DNA of 63,547 nt, counting the filler, from Phoronis australis (lineage: Eukaryota > Animalia > Phoronida), in assembly GCA_002633005.1 (NCBI GenBank). It is 7 parts of 7 records of this genome, joined end to end, with 100 filler letters (N's around TTAATTAATTAA, not from the genome) between each part and the next. Parts side by side here need not be neighbours in the genome. Positions count along the whole stretch, not along the records: positions 16,066 to 37,341 come from NMRA01001412.1; positions 37,442 to 48,760 come from NMRA01001701.1; 5 more parts are not named here. The stretch is one strand, 5' to 3'. The notes under the pieces were generated by a model. The model was not told where the DNA came from, searched no databases, and saw only the letters and a program-made list of their open reading frames with translations. Positions within the stretch are counted from its first letter, which is position 1; each line of letters starts with the position of its first letter. This document shows, in pieces, positions 25,345 through 38,119 of the stretch. A program made the translations under genes and the position numbers.

Positions 25345-25408
25345 AGCAGAAGAAAAGGCAATGAAAGCAAGAATGAAAAAGCTGATGTCAGCAAAATTTA
25401 AGAACTTG
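25345..25408 (+). CDS. Exon 2 of the small basic protein (AEEKAMKARMKKLMSAKFKNL)
   Basis: Strong tttttcag| acceptor and TTG|gtaatt donor; phase 2 in matches exon 1. A possible last coding exon is 26337-26360 (PRDYSFY*). Confidence 0.55.
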
Positions 25409-25719
25409 GTAATTTTATATCTTCTATATGTGTAACAGAAGTATTTACGAAATTCAAAATCCACCGAGTCTTTAAATACTTGAATAATAGTTCTAGCTTC
25501 AAAGACCAGTTTGGCTCCAGTTGAGTATCAATTCAAGTCGAGTATCATTAGCCCATGATCATATGCTATGGCACCCTCTACAAAATGGAGGATTTTGATT
25601 TTCCATTGGTGGCGGTCCCAATCTTTCAAACTGATGAATTTAATAGCTTGATGAGCCATGACCTTAAAAGCTAATAACAAGCTACTATGAACAAATCTGT
25701 AGACGCAAACCAAGGGAAC

Positions 25720-26000
25720 TGTGTGTTTACCCATACACGGGCCTACAACGTACATTAGCGTTTACCCATACACGGACCTACAACGTACATTAGCGTTTAC
25801 TCATACACGGGACTACACTGTTTACCTTTACACAGGCCTACAGTATCTAGCGGTATTTACCCCTACACGGGCCTACTGTGTATGTTAGTAAACATGCACG
25901 GACTTAAATATTTATCCATACACGGGCCTAAAGAGTATAGCGGTGCTTACCCTTGCACGGGCCTACAGTGTACATTAGTGTTTATCCATACATGGGCCTC
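25720..26000. repeat. Degenerate ~30-37-bp minisatellite (tttacccatacacgggcctaca)
   Basis: About 8 diverged units. Confidence 0.8.
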
Positions 26001-28279
26001 TAGGTTGAACAGAAAAATTTAATTAAAATTGAGTTGGAGTTGTAATTCACGTCCTGATAACGCTTGTAGAACCCACGTTCCGTCGAAAACCTTAACTTAG
26101 GACACGCAGCGCTGGTCTCAACTTGTTCCTTGGGATGTGACTTTCACCTGACGGTAATATATTTGTTCAGACCACGCACAAAATTCACTACGACGGCGTG
26201 ACTCTGTTGATCACTGTGGCGGCGTGACTCTGTTTGATCACTGTGGCGGCGTGACTCTGTTGATCACTGCGGTGGCGTGACTTGAACTTTGTTTAACTTG
26301 GTGTGAAGAAAGATCCATTTGACAGTTGTTCTACAGCCCAGAGATTACTCTTTTACTAAATTAGGAACGAGTTCATACAAAGTTCATAACGGTAATCTGC
26401 TCCCGGACGCTCGCAGACGAGGGGAGCCGTCAGACTCAACAAAATAAATAGTGAATATGAACAACGTTTTTTTACTGAAGGCAATTCTCCAGTGGTCATA
26501 AGTTCTGTTCATTCCCGACATACGTTTCGAATCGTCCCCCAACTTTTGCCTCCCGGGCTTCACATGTTAACTTCACGGTTTCTCCCCTCAGTATTTTGTC
26601 TGTTGAAAATATCCAAAGACTCAATTTATTTTTTTTTCTGCTCGCCTGGTGGGATTGCGCTATCCCTAACTTCATGCATTCGGCATTCACGCCCCATCTC
26701 AGCTTCCAAGACTTATATCAACAGATGTCTGTCGTAATATAAGATAAATCATAAAATGACCCGCTTTACATTGCATCTATACCGGCAGTTGGCGCCAGCA
26801 CCTGTAGTAATACTTTGAGTAGGTACACATGTGTGTACATTCGTCCCTTTCCACTTTGCAGGTTTGGGAAGCCACAACGAACTTTGAAGCGTTTTTTAAA
26901 ATTAAAATACTTGTTTGTAACGGAAATAAAAAACCTATCACAGTAAGGGCGTTGTGAGACCTATTTGATCAGAGTAAAATGCTTCACTCGATTTTCGTCT
27001 TGTGTCACCATTCCTAGGAATATTTTAAAGACTTCCTACTTTAGCACCTGAGGGAATTTTGATGAACAACTTCAATAGTTGGATGGAAGTGAATGAAATG
27101 ATATTTTTCAAAACCGCAACAGTTATTTAGCGTTCATCTTTGAACTGAGTATCAAGTAAAATGTGTTCATTTGCTATTTAATACAACTGTTATTTTGCTA
27201 TTTACGTGCCTTTTCTGTTCTGCTAAATCTTACATGGTCACGTGACCCGATTTGCGACATTGGTAGAAGTTGAAAGTCTAAATCTATACTTCTAGAAATA
27301 TTTATATACATGTACTTTACAGAGTTAATGTCTACAGTTTTAAGACACTGCACTTAATACACAGACATGTGGGTAATTACAGTACCCAACAAGCGCGCCG
27401 TATTTTGTTGTTTTTGCCTGCTGCTGTTCCTACATGCATGTTACAAAATATTAGAAACTGTTAAAATTAATTATCACTCTGTGCATAGGAATTCACTTTT
27501 TCATAAAATGTTGTTCTGTTCTGGGGGGCAACACTTTTGTAATTCTTGAGTGTTATCACCATGTCACTCACAACTTCACAGAAGGTAGTACTTTAGTGCG
27601 GCAACAGCTTTAGGGCCAACGTCATAATAGGGCCGCCCCGGATTACAAGGCGGTAGAAGTCGCCATTGTTCCTGAGAAAAGAATGCGCATTCACAGAAGG
27701 CAATACTATAGCGTGGTCACGGATTTCGGGGCCAACGTCAGAATACGGCCGTCCTGGATTACACGGTGGTAGGATACTCCTTTGTTCTGGAAATAACTGA
27801 GAGACGCGTTCACAGAAAGCTTTACTGTACTGTGTCCGCGGCTTTATAGGGACAATGTCCGAATATAGACATAGTCTCAACACTGATGAGTGAAAAGCAG
27901 CCCTTAAATAGGAACCGTTTTCATTATTTATGTTTTGTCCGCAAGATGGCTCCACCTTCCATAATATTACATGTATAATAAAATGTCTTGAATTTAAAGT
28001 TTCATCTCGGGACGCTGATCACGTTTAGGCTCATTGACCAAAACAAACATCTTGTGTCATGAAAGACATTCCAAATGGTACACTGCTGTGTCATTGTCCT
28101 CCACCACCAAAAACCGATCGAACTCTGTCATTGAACAAAGTATAGTGGTCCACCGGACCGCATTATAGATACCGGTAGATGTACAGTACCTTAGTTAACT
28201 CATATACAGCGAACATTACCTATCTGTATGGAAGTCCAGTACAAGGGCTTCAACGTTTGCATTCGAAATTAAAATCGAA

Positions 28280-29289
28280 ATGATTGAAGGAATAAATACA
28301 CAGTGTATACAGTCCACGTGTTTAATCAGCATTGTATCCAAGCTCGCGGATTTCTTTGGATATCACCAAACTAGGTCAAACCCGATGTTTTTCAGAGAAA
28401 CATGGAAGAGACCAAGTCAGCCGAGCTTCTCGAGTCTGCGGACGAACTTGCAGGAAAGTCAGTGCATGAATATATGTACAAAACTGAACACCGGTAGGTA
28501 TAACGGGACATTAGGCTCTCTCTACACTATTCGATTATTGAGCGGTGATGTTTTTTACGGGATTTCTCCGCGCGATTTTTCAAATTCTTGAACCGCGAAT
28601 GAAAGCTCATCGTTCAAGCGATTTGATATCTATTAGACTCGCTGATGCGAGTTGTTTTGTTTTTTCTCTAAAATCATCCCATAAATGCAAAATTGCGCAT
28701 TTTTATCTCCGAATTATAGAAAATTTATTTGTTTCTCAACACAGCTCGAAAATATGGACAAACACATGTGTGTATAGTTCTTTCAGCTGCTTTTAATTTT
28801 CATCTAGAAAAGGGTCATTCCTAGCGCCCTCTGGGGTCTGTTTCATGAAAGTTACGCCAGAGAGCAAAATGTAAATTTGTATGTTAAAGGCATCGCTCTG
28901 AGCCCACCAGAGCCATGAATTGACAGATGTATTAGCTTACGTTTGTATACGTCACTGCAACTATCATCTTTTAATTCAAACAGCACCAATACGCACTGGC
29001 TATTCAAATCCCTATTCAATACAACTTTTAACGCCCTTTTGTTCTTTGTGATGAGATCTTGCGATGTCCCAATATGGCAAGGGAAGGCAACTTCATCTAT
29101 CATTTGACCGGCCTGAGTTAGAGTGATTAAACTGAAATTTTCATATATTTTTCAAAGGCTTCTCGGCTTCTCTAGGACTATCTGCTTAGAACAATATATC
29201 TAAAATAATAAATAAATCCTTTTAAGTTAGACTTTAAGACATACCATACACACACACACACACACACAGACACACACAGACACACACAG

Positions 29290-29321
<32 letters not shown>

Positions 29322-30369
29322 CCGCGCGCCCACACACACACACACGTGTGTGTTATACAACGTACGTGTTCGTACCAGTGATTATGATGTGTGTCAATGT
29401 GTTGTATAGACTGACAAGACTTTGCAGGTTTATATTTACATATAAACGTTATGCAAAATTGGTTAAATGCACGACATTTGTTGCTAGCTATCTTTATTCC
29501 ATTCCGTTCGAGCTTCCCAACTGACCTCTCGCAAGCTCCACCCACTTGCGTACTCGTAATGTCGACCAACAAACAATAAGATTTACCCGGCAACATGTTG
29601 TTTGTCGGGTAAAATGACGGCTTGGAAACGAAGGTGTGTCAATAATGCTGCGTTCTAATTGGTCAGTTAAGCCGTCACTCAAATTCCTGGCGATAGATCA
29701 ATTACAACAGATATGTAAACGTGTATGTGTGTACATTTTGAAGATGGAGATTTCACGCAAAGTTTATTGAAAGACAATGAACGCTCTTTTATTCTAGAAT
29801 TAATTCTGGAATACTTTTTCAAATTTGTTACTCGCATGAACGGGCCTTCAGACGTCCGGGAGCGGACAAGATGAAACGGGAAGAGCAGTAAAATTGGAAA
29901 TTGGGGTGGAGACTTCCAGAGGAGATAAGTGGTGCTAACCGTGAGAGCAAAGAATGTAAATTTGTGAAATATGAAAAAGTGCCTCTGTAAGTCGTGAACT
30001 CAATATTATCAACGTGAACCATAACTAGCCAATCCACCTTGTCATTATCGACTGCAAATTGTGTTAGGAGCTATGACAATTTTTTGGGTTGACTTCGTAC
30101 GCGATACGATTAGTCGCCAGAGATGTGGGCATTTTTCAAGTCGTACGAATTATGAAATTGCCTTCAATCACCGCATAATACTGAATGAATGACATCCCTA
30201 CAACTCAACTCAGTGTTTAGCATTGTTAATATAGTCACGTAGTAGGTCGTATATACAGAATATAGGACCATGGCCTACTAATAAATGTTTCTACGCTTTG
30301 TAAAGTGTCCCGAAATGAAAGTGTCTTCAAGTATCAAACACAAACTTTCAACAATAATCGAGACAGCGT
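28280..30369 (+). repeat. ~2.1-kb near-identical duplication (second copy 30954-32987); probable haplotype duplication
   Basis: Colinear, with SNPs, different (CA)n/(TA)n tracts and two indels; copy 1 ends at the single N at 30370. Confidence 0.92.
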
Positions 30370-31156
30370 NTCTATTAGTCGGTTGCCGAGTTTATTACAG
30401 TTTACACACAACAGACTCTAGTCTATGGGGCCGAGTAAATACATGTAACAGTTTACACACCTCCGTCACTAACCTACATGTTTGCACGTGGTGAACTCTA
30501 GGTTTTGCTAATAACTCGCATTCCAGTTCAGACATGAACTTATAGTTTTATGTTACAGTCATCAAGCCCAATTAATTAGGATTGAACAGTTATTCACATA
30601 ATTCACAATGTATTCAAGCGCAGAATAATATACAATTATCTTGAGTATGCATAAAAGTGGCATGGCCAAGGTCAAATTCGATTTTGAGTGCAAAGGTTAG
30701 TCCTCCCAAGCCCGAGTAATCGTCCTGGATTAAACCACTAGATATAGAACGCAAGGAAATGGATGATGTACGCAACAAATTTTTCTCAACGCCGTAACTC
30801 CTTGTGGCGAAGACAAAATTCGCCAACGCAAGAGTTCAAGGTTTCGGATATCACCTATCTACCAGCGGTACAAGATTACTTTTCTACCTCTTAAAATTGC
30901 GCACCAACGAGGAGGGGCTCCATCCTCTCGCTCCCTTCTTTATCACCACTTTTATGATTGAAGGAATAAATATACAGTGTATACTGTCCACGCGTTTAAT
31001 CAGCATTGTATTCAAGTTCGCGGATTTCTTTGGATATCACCAAACTAAGTCAAACCCCATGTTTTTCAGAGAAACATGGAAGAGACCAAGTCAGCGGAGC
31101 TTCTCGAGTCTGCGGACGAACTTGCAGGAAAGTCAGTGCATGAATATATGTACAAA

Positions 31157-31337
31157 ACTGAACACCGGTAGGTATAACGGCACATTACTGAACACCGGTA
31201 GGTATAACGGCACATTACTGAACACCGGTAGGTATAACGGCACATTACTGAACACCGGTAGGTATAACGGCACATTACTGAACACCGGTAGGTATAACGG
31301 CACATTACTGAACACCGGTTGGTATAACTGCACATTA
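31157..31337. repeat. 30-bp VNTR (actgaacaccggtaggtataacggcacatt) x6
   Basis: Five perfect units plus one variant; only one unit is present in the other copy (~28483-28512). Confidence 0.95.
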
Positions 31338-33286
31338 GGCTCCCTCTTCACTATTCGATTATTGAGCGGTGATGTGTGTATAGTTCTTTCTGCTGCTTTT
31401 AAAATTCATCTAGAAAAGGTTATTCCTAGCGCCTTCTGGGGTCTGTTTCATGAAAGTTACGCCAGAGAGCAAAATGTAAATTTGTATGTTAGAGGCATCG
31501 CTCTGAGCCCACCAGAGCCATGAATTGACAGATGTATTAGCTTACGTTTGTATACATGTACGTCACTGCAACTATCATCTTTTAATTCAAACAGCACCAA
31601 TACGCACTGGCTATTCAAATCCCTATTCAATACAACTTTTACCGCCCTTTTGTTCTTTGTGATGAGATCTTGCGATGTCCCAATATGGCGAGGGAAGGCA
31701 ACTTCATCTATCATTTGACCGCCCTGAGTTCGAGTGATTAAACTGAAGTTTTCATATTTTTCAAAGGCTTCTCGGCTTCTCTAGGACTATCTGCTTAGAA
31801 CAATATATCTAAAATAATAAATAAATCCTTTGAAGTTAGGCTTTCAGACATACCACACACACACAAACACACACACACACACACGTGTATATATATATAT
31901 ATATATATATATACGCACACACATACACACACACAGATACGCGCGCCCGCACACACACACACGTGTGTGTTATACAACGTACGTGTTCGTACCAGTGGTT
32001 ATGATATGTGTCAATGTGTTGTATAGACTGACAAGACTGTGCAGGTATATTTACATAGAAACGTTATGCAAAATTGGTTAAATGCACGACACTTGTTGTT
32101 AGCTATCTTTATTCCATTCCGTTCGAGCTTCCCAACTGACCTATCGCAAGCTCCGCCCACTTGCGTACATGTAATGTCGACCAACAAACAATAAGATTTA
32201 CCCGGCAACATGTTGTTTGTCGGGTAAAATGACGGCTTGGAAACGAAGGTGTGTCAATAATGCTGCGTTCTAATTGGTCAGTTAAGCCGTCACTCAAATT
32301 CCTGGCGATAGATCAATTACAACAGATATGTAAACGTGTATGTGTGTACATTTTGAAGATGGAGATTTCACGCAAAGTTTATTGAAAGACAATGAACGCT
32401 CTTTTATTCTAGAATTAATTCTGGAATACTTTTTCAAATTTGTTACTCGCATGAACGGGCCTTCAGACGTCCGGGAGCGGACAAGATGAAAGGGAAGAGC
32501 AGTAAAATTGGAAATTGGGGTGAAGGCTTCCAGAGGAGATAAGTGGTGCTAACCGTGAGAGCAAAGAATGTAAATTTGTGAAATATGAAAAAGTGCCTCT
32601 GTAAGTCGTGAACTCAATATTATCAACGTGAACCATAACTAGCCAATCCACCTTGTCATTATCGACTGCAAAGTGTGTTAGGAGCTATGACAAAATTTTG
32701 GGTTGACTTCGTACGCGATACGATTAGTCGCCAGAGATGGGGGCATTTTTCAAGTCGTACGAATTATGAAATTGCCTTCAATCACCGCATAATAATGAAT
32801 GAATGACATCCCTACAACTCAACTCAGTGTTTAGCATTGTTAATATAGTCACGAAGTAGGTCGTATATACAGAATATAGGACCATGGCCTACTAATAAAT
32901 GTTTCTACGCTTTGTAAAGTGTCCCGAAATGAAAGTGTCTTCAAGTATCAAACACAAACAAACTTTCAACAATAATCGAGACAGCGTTAATTTTAGCTTC
33001 TTTCTTAACTTCGAACCTATTAGTCAACTTAAACTAACCAACACAAAGGTAAATTGCGTCACACCTTTGGTTTCCTTGTATTATGCGCTACATTCCACAA
33101 AGTACGCAGGGTCTTGTTCTGTCGATGGTGCCCAACTTATTGAAACACAAAATCCATCTCGAGTGAGGTAAAAATGATGGGGGACACAGTTTCGGTTCAA
33201 GGAGAGCTAGGGGGGCAATCCTCCAAGTGGTGGACAGCTGGGGGCCCTCCTCAAAGTGCTGGACAGCAGGGGACGCTCCTACAAGC

Positions 33287-33331
<45 letters not shown>

Positions 33332-34361
33332 TATTGTGATATTTAAAATGAGGGTGACCTCTTCAGTGATAGCACTGCTTTCCAAGAGGGCCCTCAAGTG
33401 GTGGACAGCTGAAGGCGCTCCTCCAAGTGGAGGACAGCAGACTTGGAAATTGCAACAAAATGCAAGATGTCGCTAAATGGCGATCAAAAGTTGTAATTTA
33501 TCCCAGATTTCGCCAACAAAAATTTTTTCAACACACAAAATAGTTTCTGATGAATGGAGTGTGCTCACCGCATCGTTCCGGGACAACCACAACGGAATGG
33601 AAAACTTGAATACAATGCATATAGTCATCCAACTGTTCGCTCCCGTCATGATCAATCTTTAAGCCTTGCTTGCGTGTTGCTTTTCACAAACACGATACTT
33701 TGGCTCTAGTTGGTGGGGAGCGGGCGCGTTTTTATTTTTTTATTCTAGTCAGAGACCAAACGCCTCACAATGTTTTGTTTCTGAGACTGAATATGTTTTA
33801 CATGCTATCAGAAATGATCGGGTATAATCACGAGAAATTGAGGGCAGATCACTTCCGGCAAGAATAGCCGAACGCTGCTAACGTATGGTCTGCCTTGCGG
33901 AAATTACCGAATGTTAAAAATATTATGCCGCTCGTGTCTGACCTTCCTTGCGTTACACGAACTTTGTAACTTCTACACTCACCACTCTCTATGTACCCAC
34001 GTGTTGGCAAATGTCAGTTACGTGTCAATCAACCCGTCTCCAACACATTTCAGTGAATCCAGGCCGTCGACCGGTAAGCCTCTTGTCGGGACTCTCAGGG
34101 AAAGAGCACGCAGATTTTCTATGGAAGCAAACGCAAGTATGTACTGCAGTCTGATCTCCGTAAATCGCAAAGGCAAAATCGTTATTTCACACACGGAGAC
34201 TATCAAACCGAAACCTGCAAAAATTCTACTTAATTCAAGAATACTCGTTTATCTTTCTCTTAACTTAACTATGACAGACTACCACCTCACTTTAGGAGGA
34301 CTTTTCCACAAATGTTTCAGTGCAACAACGGCCAGTTCTGATTCACTTTTAATTTTTCCAA

Positions 34362-34407
34362 ATGAATGACAACGGAGAACTGTGGGATCGCTTAGGGGTT
34401 ACCAACG
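34362..34407 (+). CDS. Exon 1 of an uncharacterised histidine-rich protein (MNDNGELWDRLGVTN)
   Basis: ATG preceded by an in-frame TAA (34350-34352); CG|gtaagg donor, phase 1, matches the next exon. Confidence 0.6.
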
Positions 34408-34692
34408 GTAAGGCTGCTAGCAACTGTTCATTGGCAGTCTGTCAAGAACGATCAACAGAACCATTATTATAGTAGCAATTAAACGTTCGGCAACTGAGAT
34501 CATTTAGTCTCTGATTTCAGAAAGCGCTAAGAACAAACGACAATTGCAAGGCCAGTATTTGACAGTTAATCACACTGTTTTACGAATTTATCTTTAAATT
34601 CTAGTGCATCAATTGCATCTTAATTGTAGTAGCAGACTGCCACTCGAGGAGTAATGTTTTTGTGCTGAGGTGAATGCCGTGTTGATTCTCAG

Positions 34693-35174
34693 GGACTGAC
34701 TCCAAGGTTCCCCACACACTGCGGCCGCAAAACACCCTGCAACAAAGACACGGCAGTCATTTTGTCGACTCCAGCGCCGAAGACGCAAATTACCACGGGC
34801 ACCATCACAGCAACCGGCAGAGTAGCATTCTGCAGCATCATTCCCGAGACCATCACCATCACCACCTAACACCCCAAATACATCACCACTCTACCCACCT
34901 TCATTCAGCCAGTCCCCACAGCTCAACGACTCACGGCCACCATAGCACCCGGTCTGCAATCAAACTTAGGGCCAAAGACTTGCCACACGGACTATTCGCT
35001 TGTCTGCGCATGCACGACGAGGACCACGATCCTTCCACGTCAGCCACGCCGCGCGGGAGCGACGTAGCCCCTCCACCGGAAATCCCTAACCCCTACGAAG
35101 CAGGATGCGGCGTGTTAGACCTGGACACAAAGACATTCTTCACGGAACTTAAACACAACCAGATAAAACCTAAG
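34693..35174 (+). CDS. Exon 2 of the uncharacterised histidine-rich protein
   Basis: attctcag| acceptor, 482 bp open and GC-richer than its flanks (…YHGHHHSNRQSSILQHHSRDHHHHHLTPQIHHHSTHLHS…PPPEIPNPYEAGCGVLDLDTKTFFTELKHNQIKPK), AAG|gtaaat donor. Confidence 0.68.
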
Positions 35175-35869
35175 GTAAATGATCTTTACGCGTAGGGGCG
35201 ACATACTTTTTGACAGGTACCATGGACATACCGATTGGTCGACGCGAAGCTTAGTGTCGGAAAGCGAGACAGTCAGTCTCCTGTAGTTGACATACATGTA
35301 CATCTACAGGTCCATGAAAGGAGGCACGCGTGACCTTCAGAACCTATGTAAAACGATGAAAACGGTCGGCACGCGCAGCCTATACATATTGTATAATTTA
35401 GGGCTAATTATGTAGAGTAAAGAATGTGCGGGCACTACTGTATTTTAGCCATTTGCACGTGTGAGAAACAATTGTTCGGCAATACTTGCCAGTTACCAGA
35501 AACTTCGATTGGAAGCGAGNCTAAGGTAAATGATCTTTACGCGTAGGGGCGACATACTTTTTGACAGGTACCATGGACATACCGATTGGTCGACGCGAAG
35601 CTTAGTGTCGGAAAGCGAGACAGTCAGTCTCCTGTAGTTGACATACATGTACATCTACAGGTCCATGAAAGGAGGCACGCGTGACCTTCAGAACCTATGT
35701 AAAACGATGAAAACGGTCGGCACGCGCAGCCTATACATATTGTATAATTTAGGGCTAATTATGTAGAGTAAAGAATGTGCGGGCACTACTGTATTTTAGC
35801 CATTTGCACGTGTGAGAAACAATTGTTCGGCAATACTTGCCAGTTACCAGAAACTTCGATTGGAAGCGA
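35170..35869. repeat. Apparently exact ~350-bp tandem duplication across the single N at 35520 (contig-overlap artefact)
   Basis: 35170-35519 and 35521-35869 look identical by eye. Confidence 0.9.
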
Positions 35870-36291
35870 GTACATAAGCCCTCATATCCCGCCTTGAAGC
35901 TGAGAAGAGTTAATCAAGAGACTGTGGCGTTTAACTGAACCTCGAACTACATGTAGCCTACAGTACAAAATTCATTACGTCACCTACCGAGGACATGTTA
36001 ACGCCTAATAATTCTTTTATCTTTTAATCTTAAGGAGAGGGACCATAACTGTAAGATAGTGCAATATTTCGAGTAACGTCTTTTTAATCGGTCTGTGATA
36101 CTAACGCAGCCTATGCCAGGGTACACAAAATCTAAAGTGATTAGTTCATCCAAAACTACCCAGCAAGATTGATTCGTATATTCTCCAGGTTACACGTGGC
36201 AAAAGGCACGTTTTTGCCAGAGCCGACCCGTTACCTATAGGCGACTTTAAAGATACTCTTAACAGCTTTATTTTAGTCAAAAGCAATTCAC

Positions 36292-37341
36292 ACAAGAACA
36301 ACGCGGAGCGTTGAAATGCGCCACCGGATGCATTGCAAATGGTGTGCTTTTAAGGTTATATACAGTGTATTTGTATCATACAAATGGCCTAGATGGCGCA
36401 AAAACATACAATCCATCCAAAAACAAGAAAATCCCACATTTCATAAAAATCTCTCAGGGAACTTCAGAGAAACAAAGGAAAACAGAACAAAATGAATTTG
36501 CCACTAGCGGGCACACTGTCCGTTGGATCCGCCTGAAACTCGTCATCATCGTCTATTATCTTCATATACATGTAAATACACTTACTAAATTTAATAAAGA
36601 TTCTGCAGTGGGTTTAGCAGATACAACTATGAGCGCAAAATAAAACTACCACTAGGAGGCGTAACAGTTGTCAGTCACCATCAACAAAGGTCGTCTTCAC
36701 ACTGAGAACAAATATGCCAGTTTTCCAATGATTTGGTTCATACAGGGGTGGACACCAAAAACAAGATTTGAAAACAGCAAAAATGACCACAAGATGGTGC
36801 AAAACACCTCGATTCCATCCAAAAACAGTAAGATAGCGTCATCACACTATAGATACCTATATTATTTAAAATTTTATGAAAATCTCTCGAGGACCATTGA
36901 ACATACCGAGTTGAAAGTAAAAAATATTAAAATTGCCACTAGGGGGCACAGCAGTATTCAGATCTGTCCGAAAGTCGTCGTCATCCGTAGTCAACATCAT
37001 ATAAATACACTTGCTAAATTAAGTAATCCTGCGAACGGTTTAGGAGATACAGCCATAGGCACAACAAAAACAAAACTGCCACTAGGAGGCGCCACAGTAG
37101 TCAAAATCATCGGAAAATCATCGTAAACCGTCCTCTTTATAGTAAACACATACCTGCCAATTTTCACAATCATCCTTTGAGCGGTTTGGTTGATAGAGGG
37201 GTGGACGCAAAAAAACACACTAGAAAACATTGAAAATGGCCACTAGGTGGCGCAAAGTACGTCGAATCCATCCGAAAACGGGAGGATAGAGTCATCTCAC
37301 TAATAGGTGCCTACATAACAAATTTCATGAAAATCCGTTCA
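36292..37341 (+). mobile_element. Helentron/DINE-like non-autonomous element, 5' part, with ~145-bp internal repeats
   Basis: Starts ACAAGAACAACGCGGAGCGTTGAAATGCGCC (near-identical start at 49562). Internal units contain ccactagggggc and aaatttcatgaaaat. Cut by a scaffold spacer. Confidence 0.7.
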
Positions 37342-37441
37342 NNNNNNNNNNNNNNNNNNNNNNNNNNNNNNNNNNNNNNNNNNNNTTAATTAATTAANNN
37401 NNNNNNNNNNNNNNNNNNNNNNNNNNNNNNNNNNNNNNNNN

Positions 37442-38117
37442 CCTCTCATGGTCCCCCCACATTAACCTCATCTCAAACAAACTTAACAATCTCGGTGGAC
37501 TCTTATATAAACTGAAACCTTATGTTCCTCTTCCACCTCTCAAGTTAATATATAATTCACTTGTCATCCCACATTTAAACTATGGCATTACAACTTGGGG
37601 TTTTGGCAACACTAAGAAACTTCAGACAGCCCAGAAAAGAATCCTTAGGAATATATCAAATTCCAGCTATAATGCTCACTCTCTGCCCATATGTAAGGAA
37701 CTTCGCCTCCCTCTACTTCAAAACATCTATAAAATCTCAACTGCAAAATTTTATTACAAATTCCTCAATAATCAGCTTCCTAAGTATTTTTACACTAACA
37801 ACTTCTTTAGTAAACTCATCCAATATAAACCAACAAGACACATTAAAACTCCTATATACCTGAATCAATACTCAGCTGCTATTCAGACAATGCAACCCAA
37901 AGTTTTAATTCCTCCGTCCAACAAATTGTCATCAAGAGCCTGTATTAGACTTCAGATTCCTCGACTTATAAACAACAACGAAATACCAGTCTCTGTTCTA
38001 AATATAATAAAAACACATTCTTTGCAAGCATTCTCCAGGTTCTTAACCAATTTTATTATTGGCAACTACGATGCAGTTTGTCATATTTCCAATTGCTTCA
38101 TATGTAACAGTATCTAA
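37442..38117 (+). mobile_element. L2/CR1-type LINE ORF2 C-terminal region; its 3' UTR resumes at 39567-~39845 after an insertion
   Basis: LSWSPHINLISNKL..LYKLKPYVP..LKLIYNSLVIPHLNYGITTWG..KLQTAQKRILRNI..YNAHSLPICKELRL; later AATAAA and a (CT)n tail. Confidence 0.88.
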
Positions 38118-38119
38118 TT

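Noticed and set aside
30804-31523. 239-aa ORF with LNTGRYNGTL repeats
   Set aside because: The open frame is inflated by a 30-bp VNTR absent from the sister copy, whose frame is broken; composition is not protein-like.
33911-34369. 152-aa ORF upstream of the His-rich gene
   Set aside because: No recognisable motifs, and it is out of frame with the spliced model; more likely promoter or 5' UTR.
35170-35869. Tandem duplication of a splice donor that could allow alternative splicing
   Set aside because: The copies look identical and are joined by one N, typical of an unmerged contig overlap.
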